From positions 1-64,000 of IMG/VR virus record IMGVR_UViG_3300027749_000049: 64,000 nt of DNA; one strand, given 5' to 3'. Positions 57,534-64,000 of the stretch are shown here, in pieces. The position numbers were made by a program, and so were the translations under genes. Numbering within the stretch: the first letter of the stretch is position 1; each line of letters begins with the position of its first letter. This DNA comes from a virus. The notes beneath the pieces are model-generated. The model made no database searches, was not told the origin of the DNA, and saw only the letters and a list, made by a program, of their open reading frames with translations.

Positions 57534-58541
57534 ATGAGATCAAAGAAAATAAAAACTTTTTATACGCCAAAACAGGTTTTAGAAAATGACAAGACTTCTA
57601 ATTATAGTAAGTCTCCATTAAAACCTAAACTTCTGTTGGCATATTTAAAACAGAAAAAACTTCTCGGCAATTTTTCAATAACTGATGACTTTAAACCATT
57701 TACTAAAACTGATTTTAGAATGGCTCATCATAAAAGTTACGTGGACGATTTTTTTAATGGGACCGGTCTGTGCTGTTCAAATTCATTAGCGTGGTCAAAA
57801 CAGTTTGCTGACTCAATTAGATATACAAATTCATCACTATATGCAGCAATTCGAAATTCAATAGTTAATCCAAAACAGGTTAGTTTCAGTCCAACTAGCG
57901 GATTTCACCATGCTAGACCAAGTGGAGGTAGCGGTTTCTGTACATTTAGTGGTCAAGTAATTGCATCACTTAAAATCTATAATGAATTTGGATTAAGTGG
58001 GGCCTATTTAGATTTAGATGGCCATTTTGGAAATTCAATTGAAGACAGTCGTGCATTTTGTAAAAACTTAAATAAAGCAGTTCCATTAGATTTTAATATT
58101 AATCCAGAAGGATATGACTCTGACTATTTAGCCGATCTTGCAAAATGGTTAGAGCGATTAAAATATGCTATTCTAAATAATAAAATTCATTATGTGGTTT
58201 GGTGTCACGGAGCAGATTCTCACGCAGATGATAATTTAGGCAGACAATGTGATACTGATCATTGGTCTGCATGCTCAACTCTTTTTTGGAAATGGGTAAA
58301 AGGCATGGATAAAATATTAGGTCGGCCATTGCCAGTTTCATGTGCACTGTTTGGCGGATATCGAGATGATGACTATAATTCAGTACTAAGTTTACACACC
58401 AACGATTTTGTTAAGTGCTTTAAAGAATTACTTGAGGTCGACGTTAAATATACTATAGAGGTACTGCCTCGTCAAAAAATTGGATATGGTGATGGTACGA
58501 GACTACGTAGAAAACGAAGAAGCCTGGATCAAAAAGTATAA
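57534..58541 (+). CDS. Histone deacetylase (HDAC)-family Zn-dependent deacylase
   Basis: SGFHHA, SGFCTF, DLDGHFGN, GADSH..D and GGY motifs; alternative start at 57489. Confidence 0.88.
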   Translation: MRSKKIKTFYTPKQVLENDKTSNYSKSPLKPKLLLAYLKQKKLLGNFSITDDFKPFTKTDFRMAHHKSYVDDFFNGTGLCCSNSLAWSKQFADSIRYTNSSLYAAIRNSIVNPKQVSFSPTSGFHHARPSGGSGFCTFSGQVIASLKIYNEFGLSGAYLDLDGHFGNSIEDSRAFCKNLNKAVPLDFNINPEGYDSDYLADLAKWLERLKYAILNNKIHYVVWCHGADSHADDNLGRQCDTDHWSACSTLFWKWVKGMDKILGRPLPVSCALFGGYRDDDYNSVLSLHTNDFVKCFKELLEVDVKYTIEVLPRQKIGYGDGTRLRRKRRSLDQKV

Positions 58542-58695
58542 AGATATTGACAGTAAAGGAGTTACCTCAACCTATTGGAAGGAGGTTCTTGAAGTAATTG
58601 GATATTTAGAATATAAAGAAAATTATGAAAGTTGCCAAGAGCTTTGGGACTATTATAAGGAAATAACAAATGGTAAACAGGACGATACTGACTAA
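58486..58695 (+). CDS. Hypothetical protein with UVR-like motif
   Basis: YLEYKENYESCQEL, similar to 20705..21016. Confidence 0.55.
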   Translation: MVMVRDYVENEEAWIKKYKDIDSKGVTSTYWKEVLEVIGYLEYKENYESCQELWDYYKEITNGKQDDTD

Positions 58696-58697
58696 AC

Positions 58698-58727
58698 AAA
58701 AATAGCCCTAATATTAGGGCTATTTTT
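58698..58727. terminator. Bidirectional terminator (perfect 30-bp palindrome)
   Basis: AAAAATAGCCCTAATATTAGGGCTATTTTT between convergent genes. Confidence 0.8.
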
Positions 58728-58744
58728 ATTAGATTCGTTTTTAA

Positions 58745-59062
58745 TTATGAATTAAGTTGTTCTGGCAAAGTTGATTCAGCTGGTGCCTCTACTAAATCTG
58801 TTGCTGCTGGTTTTTTACCATTCATAACATTTTTAACACCAAGTAGAGTTGCTCCAATTAAGGTAAAGGTTATTGCTTGAGTAATAACATCAATTGATTT
58901 ACTAATCCATAACTTGTCAATACATCCTAATAAGAAGCATAAGCCCCCAATAAAGATAATATAGAGACCAGCAACTGAAGTACCTGAAGTTTTACCATTA
59001 TCGTTTGAGGTCATTTCACCAAATGAAAAACGTTTAACATCTCCGATTTTAGAAATTTTCAT
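58745..59062 (-). CDS. Two-TM membrane protein (holin-like candidate)
   Basis: NGKTSGTS followed by two TM helices. Confidence 0.55.
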   Translation of the reverse strand: MKISKIGDVKRFSFGEMTSNDNGKTSGTSVAGLYIIFIGGLCFLLGCIDKLWISKSIDVITQAITFTLIGATLLGVKNVMNGKKPAATDLVEAPAESTLPEQLNS

Positions 59063-59079
59063 TGTATTTTATATTTTTT

Positions 59080-59883
59080 TTAGTTGACGTAGTTATTAAG
59101 AACTGTTTCAAGATCGTCAGTCTTTTCAAGAGTAGATGAAGGCTCGCCATAATATAATTCATAACGATCTTCTAAAAGATCAGCTGCATCCACTGCATTT
59201 TTTAGTTTAAGTAGTCTAATACCAAACCAGTCAGCTTCCATTTCTTGGCGTTCATCATATTGATTTGCTCGATCGTATTTAGACGCTGAGTGATCTAATT
59301 CAAAATGTGCAATTTCATGAGCCTCAATTGCAAGTATGTGATCACTTGTTAAGTTTTGACTCTCAATTATTACTCCGTCAATATAGATTGTTTTTGAAGA
59401 AAGATCTGCAAATGCAATTCCTAAATAGTTAAAGATCTTTGCAAAATCTTTATATAGAGAATCCTCTGGCCACAAGGCAATAACTGTCCAGTCTGGATCA
59501 AGTTTACTTTTCCAAGCAGTAGGTTCTGCCGATTCTGATAAATTATAACGCTTCATCTTTGAAGCACGTTGACCAGTTAAGTCTCTCCATAACTCGCGTA
59601 CATCAGGTTGAGCTAAAGTATCCGCCTGTACCATTGAATAAAATTGATTATCTGAGTTCTGCATCATTGCGAACCATTCTTCTAGCGTTGGTTTCTTAGG
59701 TAGTGCGGCTATTCTAGTCTTTAACCGACGGAACATTGGAAACAGTTCAGTTTCATATTTGTCACCGGTATGAGGGTTTCTGCCGAATTTACGATTAATA
59801 CCAAGATCGCCTAATTGCTTAAGAGGTCTTGGATGCTCAATATTTTCAGATACCCATGTATTAAAGTTTACAATCGTTGCCAT
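59080..59883 (-). CDS. Zn metallopeptidase-like protein (HExxH)
   Basis: AHEIAH with downstream EMEAD; N-terminal IVNFNTWVSE tag; GATAAATA upstream. Confidence 0.7.
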   Translation of the reverse strand: MATIVNFNTWVSENIEHPRPLKQLGDLGINRKFGRNPHTGDKYETELFPMFRRLKTRIAALPKKPTLEEWFAMMQNSDNQFYSMVQADTLAQPDVRELWRDLTGQRASKMKRYNLSESAEPTAWKSKLDPDWTVIALWPEDSLYKDFAKIFNYLGIAFADLSSKTIYIDGVIIESQNLTSDHILAIEAHEIAHFELDHSASKYDRANQYDERQEMEADWFGIRLLKLKNAVDAADLLEDRYELYYGEPSSTLEKTDDLETVLNNYVN

Positions 59884-59890
59884 TCTGTTT

Positions 59891-59915
59891 TATTTATCCC
59901 TAGCGTAGATAAATA
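59891..59915. promoter_or_regulatory. Back-to-back divergent GATAAATA late-promoter motifs
   Basis: TATTTATC at 59891-59898 and GATAAATA at 59908-59915 between divergent genes. Confidence 0.6.
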
Positions 59916-59933
59916 ATAAGAAAATCAATAGTA

Positions 59934-60380
59934 ATGATTCATAAATATCAACAATGGATTGAAGAATCTGAAAAAGTTGAAGCAAACGAACAGGTGCCAA
60001 CGGATACTCCAGAAGTACCGGCAACAATGGATGCAGCAGCTTTACCAGCTACCACCGAAACTCCAGCAGCAACTACTCCAGAACTTCCATCTGAACCAGA
60101 AATCGTATCAGCCGAGTCTGAAATTGAAGAATACCAAACTTTAGACAAAGCTCGTAGAGACGCGATTAAAGCATTTAAAGAAAAACAAGGCGAATTTTTG
60201 GAAATTCCAGCAGACATTCGTAAAAACCCAGTTGAAGAAGCTGATAAAACAAAAGTTGAAGAATTAAAGACCTCTTTAATTGAGCTTAATAAAACCATGA
60301 AAGCTGCAATTACTGCCTGGAATAAATTTAATTCAATGGCTCTTGGTATCGAAGATGAAGAAGACCAAGTTGAACCATAA
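59934..60380 (+). CDS. Acidic putative head-internal protein
   Basis: MIHKYQQWIEE N-terminus; Pro/Glu-rich region and coiled coil. Confidence 0.6.
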   Translation: MIHKYQQWIEESEKVEANEQVPTDTPEVPATMDAAALPATTETPAATTPELPSEPEIVSAESEIEEYQTLDKARRDAIKAFKEKQGEFLEIPADIRKNPVEEADKTKVEELKTSLIELNKTMKAAITAWNKFNSMALGIEDEEDQVEP

Positions 60381-60395
60381 AATAACTAACTTACA

Positions 60396-60593
60396 ATGTC
60401 AATTATAAAAAATTTTAAAGATTTTCTTAACGAAAGCTGGCATCCATATGATGCATACGAAACTGGCGAATCAAATTGTTGTGGTGCACCAATCATGCAA
60501 GGCGGAATTTGCTCAGACTGTAAAGAGCATTGTGAAGCTGAAGAAGAGGACTTTGAACCAGGTAATGATTTACCTAATGTTGAAGGATTTTAA
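60396..60593 (+). CDS. Small Zn-finger-like protein with capsid-targeting-like tag
   Basis: MSIIKNFKDFLNE; SNCCGA...CSDCKEHC. Confidence 0.65.
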   Translation: MSIIKNFKDFLNESWHPYDAYETGESNCCGAPIMQGGICSDCKEHCEAEEEDFEPGNDLPNVEGF

Positions 60594-61381
60594 TGCAGTA
60601 CCTATTAGAATATAGCGATTGGACAAACGCACGAGAACACGAACTCAATGAAGATTGGGGATGGGATGATTTAGCTCATCTTGGAGTTGATGTGATTAGC
60701 GCAGTTGCTGATTCATGGGTTCCAGGTTCAGGCAGTATAATTGACGTAATTCATGCAATTTCCTATACGCTGCAAGCAAAAGTTGCAAATACTGAAGCTG
60801 AAAAGGTTTCTTTAAATATGCAAGGCTTAATAACACTAGCATCCGTTGCTGCAATTAGCGGAGCTCAAGCTTTGGCGGTTGCACTAAAGGCTCAAATTAA
60901 AATAGTAATGACAGCTTTTACTGAAGGCCTTTCTAACCCAACTGCTTTTAAATTAGCAAAGTCTGTTGCCCCAGACGTGTCAGCTAAAATTAAAGTTTTG
61001 CTTGGAATGGTTGAAGCTATTGGAAAATGGGTTGGTCAAAAAATTAAATCATTTAAAAATTCAGAATTAGGCGAATGGGTTATTGGTAAATTTGGATCAA
61101 TTGATATTGCAATTACTAAATTAGGAGAAATAATAACCAAAAGTATTCCAGCCTCAATTAATAAATTTTTACAATTTCTAGCAAAGCTTAATCCATTAAA
61201 ACTGGGAGCACACGGAGCAGCTGGTGAAACTGGTGAACTTTTACTTAAAACCGCTGCTAAACACTATGTAGCATCAAAGGCAACAAATACTACAATTGCA
61301 GCAATTACAAATACAACAAGTCAAACTAACAAAGAGATTGCGGCTTTAACTAAGAAACCTCAAACCAAACCTGGAGCATAA
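60593..61381 (+). CDS. Putative virion-internal protein with pre-toxin-TG-like hydrophobic segment
   Basis: LNE followed by HLGVDVISAVAD..VPGSGSIIDVIHAISY. Confidence 0.55.
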   Translation: MQYLLEYSDWTNAREHELNEDWGWDDLAHLGVDVISAVADSWVPGSGSIIDVIHAISYTLQAKVANTEAEKVSLNMQGLITLASVAAISGAQALAVALKAQIKIVMTAFTEGLSNPTAFKLAKSVAPDVSAKIKVLLGMVEAIGKWVGQKIKSFKNSELGEWVIGKFGSIDIAITKLGEIITKSIPASINKFLQFLAKLNPLKLGAHGAAGETGELLLKTAAKHYVASKATNTTIAAITNTTSQTNKEIAALTKKPQTKPGA

Positions 61382-61421
61382 TGGATCAATTAAAATCATT
61401 ATATACGTTATTATAAACACC

Positions 61422-61445
61422 AAAAGCCGGATTCCCGGCTTTTTT
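61422..61445 (+). terminator. Rho-independent terminator (possibly bidirectional)
   Basis: AAAAGCCGG-attc-CCGGCTTTTTT. Confidence 0.8.
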
Positions 61446-61536
61446 AATGTGATCTGAGATGATTTAGTATTTGGGTTAGGTTACTATTGACTGACCCGTT
61501 AAATAGTGGCCAGTGTCATCTAGTAAGTGAAATATT

Positions 61537-62190
61537 TTATTTGGTTGTAAACTTATAGCCTGTTAATTTCTCAACCTGGGCTTTTGTAACTTTCCAATGC
61601 TCTAGTCCAACTGGTTTATCTGGCGTATTATTAAAAATATAATATTCCCAAACTTTTGTCTTTTTAACAAATAAAACTTTCCAACATTTAAGTGGTACCG
61701 AGGTTGAACCAATCTTTTTAGCTGCTCCAGTCGAGCCACACCAAACCATTACTGAATCAAATTCAGTAGCTAGCTCGCGAGTTCGGCCCTCAAGATTTTT
61801 CCAGTCTCCGGCGTTTAAGGAATGATATTGTGGTGCCATATTTGAAAAATAGAAACACTCCTTTTGCAATTCAGCACTACACTGATTATCTGCGGCTGGA
61901 CACATATGACCTCGATCAGTACCTGAACCTACATAATCATCCATTAAGTCAGTTTCTGCTGGTAATAGTGGGTCTGGTGCAAATTGATCTTTGCGTGCAA
62001 CCTTAGTGGCTGGACACTCAAGTCTGGCTTTAGTATCCCACCATTCAACCTTTAATGGATAGTGCAAGGTTTTACTGTAATAGGAAGTATAACCTGTGTG
62101 TTCTAATTTTATTGGACTGGGCTCTTTAACTGAGCTGGTGAACAGTAGTAGAGCAAGTACTGCTACTGATAAAAATTTAAAAGTTTTCAT
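61537..62190 (-). CDS. DNA/RNA non-specific endonuclease (NucA-like) with signal peptide
   Basis: DRGHMCPAAD and NMAPQ...N...W..LE motifs. Confidence 0.9.
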   Translation of the reverse strand: MKTFKFLSVAVLALLLFTSSVKEPSPIKLEHTGYTSYYSKTLHYPLKVEWWDTKARLECPATKVARKDQFAPDPLLPAETDLMDDYVGSGTDRGHMCPAADNQCSAELQKECFYFSNMAPQYHSLNAGDWKNLEGRTRELATEFDSVMVWCGSTGAAKKIGSTSVPLKCWKVLFVKKTKVWEYYIFNNTPDKPVGLEHWKVTKAQVEKLTGYKFTTK

Positions 62191-62258
62191 ATTTTTTATT
62201 TATTAAGGAAATTTTATTAATATCAGGAGTATATTAATCTTAATCAAATACTCTAATT

Positions 62259-62810
62259 ATGAAAACTTTAATCTCAATATTATTTTTAAGTTTTGGAATC
62301 AATGCATTCTCACAAACTCCTCAGGAATTAGAATTAATTAGATTAACAAATATTGAAAGAGCTAAAGAAAATCTTAGTCCGGTAGTTTATTCAGCCCTGT
62401 TAGATTCGGCTGCTCAATTTCATAATAGATACCAGGTTGCAAAAGATAAAATTGATCATATTGAATATGAAATCCAACCTGGAGAAACTACAGAATACGT
62501 TGGGCCAATGCAACGTATTGAAAAATATAATTCAAAATGGCTTAATATTTTTACTGGAGCAGTTGGTGAAATTTGTGCTGGTCGTTTTGCAACAGATTCA
62601 CCAACTAAAATTACCGAAGACTCTGCGGTTCAGTTAATTTTTAGTCAATGGATGAATTCAGAAGGGCATAGAGCCATATTAATGACCCGTGACATTACTC
62701 ATATTGCCTTTGCCTTAACTGTAAAACAGAGCCCAATCCGTAAAAGTATCTTTGGCGAACTTAGTACTTGGTCCTTTTATGGAACCGGTTTAGTAGCTAA
62801 AACTTTTTAA
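62259..62810 (+). CDS. CAP/SCP-domain exported protein
   Basis: Signal peptide; LTNIER...LDSAAQFH...GEI...WMNSEGHRAIL. Confidence 0.85.
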   Translation: MKTLISILFLSFGINAFSQTPQELELIRLTNIERAKENLSPVVYSALLDSAAQFHNRYQVAKDKIDHIEYEIQPGETTEYVGPMQRIEKYNSKWLNIFTGAVGEICAGRFATDSPTKITEDSAVQLIFSQWMNSEGHRAILMTRDITHIAFALTVKQSPIRKSIFGELSTWSFYGTGLVAKTF

Positions 62811-64000
62811 AATTTAGGACAACCAACTGAGCTAGTTTTGCCTGGTGCTTTTGTACCAGTACTAGAGCCTAATCCTGGTATTCCCGGTAATTTAATAGTG
62901 GTAGATTCATCAGCCCATCCAATGCGTACGTCCCAATTAGAAGAAGAGGTTGCAATTGGCTCAGTTATTTGAGGTTGTATTGAGGTTTTAGTAAAGTCTA
63001 TTGCAAAATGACCAAATGCAAATCTGTATTTACCAAATTTATCTTCATAGTCCGCCTGTAATTTTGGATCATTTGCTCTATTCGCATATTGTTCTTTATT
63101 CCATTTAACGGCTGGATCACCATTATTTGGTAAAGTTTGACTATTTGCATCAGCTGGTTTAATTATTGCAGCATCAACTCCGGCTGTTGTAAATGCAGAG
63201 TTAAGCGCAGTTTTTAAAGAGGTTAATCGGTCAAGGGCAAGATCGATATTCTTTTGGGTTGTATAATCTTTTAAACTAGGTTTCTTAGTTGCTTTATCAT
63301 ACGAACTTGGTACAATACTGGTAGAAGATGTTCCCCAAACTCTAACTGCTGTAATTTTACCACCATCCTGTGTAATTACGTCTACTGCATTTTTAACTGC
63401 AGTATTTAATGCAGTTTGCATTTCTGGTTTAATATCGATTGAATCGTCTGGAAAATAATTAACTGACTTCTTAAGTCCGTCAGAATTCCAGTCTCCATTT
63501 GCTTCTGGAAAAGTTCCGTTTAGTGTTGTTGATACTGGGGCAGCTGGAGTAGCTGATGGCTGTACTGTAATTGCTGATCCCTTTGGTACAATTGATAAAT
63601 TAGTTGCAAGCTTAATTGCTTGATCAGCAGTAAGTTCAGGTGTTCCAGGCTTAGCGGATTTAGCAGCTTTTACAATGTGCTCTTTAACTTTTGCATCAAG
63701 CGCATCCATAATTATTTTCTTATTTTCAGGCGTCATTGTCTGGTTTGCACTAAAATATTGAGAAATTGTTGCTTGTGAACCAAGGGCAGAGGTTAGTGTC
63801 TGAATATTTGCTTTTACTCTATCAAGAGTTAATTCTGAAATGTCTGTGCCCCAGCGATGATTTGAAAAGCCAGTAACTTTACCAGTGGTTGATAAGGCAT
63901 TAGCATATCCTTTAAAATAGTCAGCAAATGAAACTTGTTTACCGTCCATTGTGTAAGAGCCGGCTAACGAAGCGGTTGGAATAAGCATAGTTGCGGCACT
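62807..64000 (-). CDS. Hypothetical protein, 5'-partial, possible OmpA-like C-terminal fold
   Basis: Frame is open to the window edge beyond the ATG at 63988; VRVWGTSS...NIDLALDRL. Confidence 0.55.
   Translation of the reverse strand, partial: SAATMLIPTASLAGSYTMDGKQVSFADYFKGYANALSTTGKVTGFSNHRWGTDISELTLDRVKANIQTLTSALGSQATISQYFSANQTMTPENKKIIMDALDAKVKEHIVKAAKSAKPGTPELTADQAIKLATNLSIVPKGSAITVQPSATPAAPVSTTLNGTFPEANGDWNSDGLKKSVNYFPDDSIDIKPEMQTALNTAVKNAVDVITQDGGKITAVRVWGTSSTSIVPSSYDKATKKPSLKDYTTQKNIDLALDRLTSLKTALNSAFTTAGVDAAIIKPADANSQTLPNNGDPAVKWNKEQYANRANDPKLQADYEDKFGKYRFAFGHFAIDFTKTSIQPQITEPIATSSSNWDVRIGWADESTTIKLPGIPGLGSSTGTKAPGKTSSVGCPKF

Noticed and set aside
5127-62637. Numerous short antisense or nested ORFs in the track (e.g. 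35221..35703, 26992..27303, 59948..60298)
   Set aside because: They lie entirely within well-supported genes and show no recognisable motifs or expression signals.
1-64000. Stop-codon reassignment as in some jumbo phages
   Set aside because: Conserved genes (TerL, ligase, ThyA) are full length under the standard code, coding density is high, and TAG and TGA both end genes.

Overview
AT-rich 64-kb segment of a large T4-like (myovirus-type) jumbo phage read in the standard genetic code. The host is probably a Bacteroidota bacterium (Flavobacteria-type bS21, DUF3127, DUF4494, A-rich SD-less starts). The window opens inside a Gly-X-Y Ser/Thr/Asn-rich tail fibre with a C-terminal S74 chaperone, followed by a glycosyltransferase/methyltransferase cluster that includes an Aah/TibC-like protein O-glycosyltransferase. 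Next come T4-like tail, baseplate and terminase genes, a tmRNA with an adjacent GIY-YIG endonuclease, PhoH, an ECF-type sigma factor and DNA-metabolism genes (ligase, Gmk, exonucleases, UvsE, ThyA). The main unexplained signals are: (1) about a dozen diverse proteins, several of them enzymes, sharing a T4-internal-protein-like capsid-targeting tag; (2) a ~400-nt ornate ncRNA with its own promoter, boxA-like element and terminator; (3) a candidate virion-fibre glycosylation system; (4) a probable -1 frameshift adding an SH3-like domain; (5) two promoter classes and a hairpin-gated late endonuclease. All assignments are by eye from motifs; no database searches or folding programs were run.
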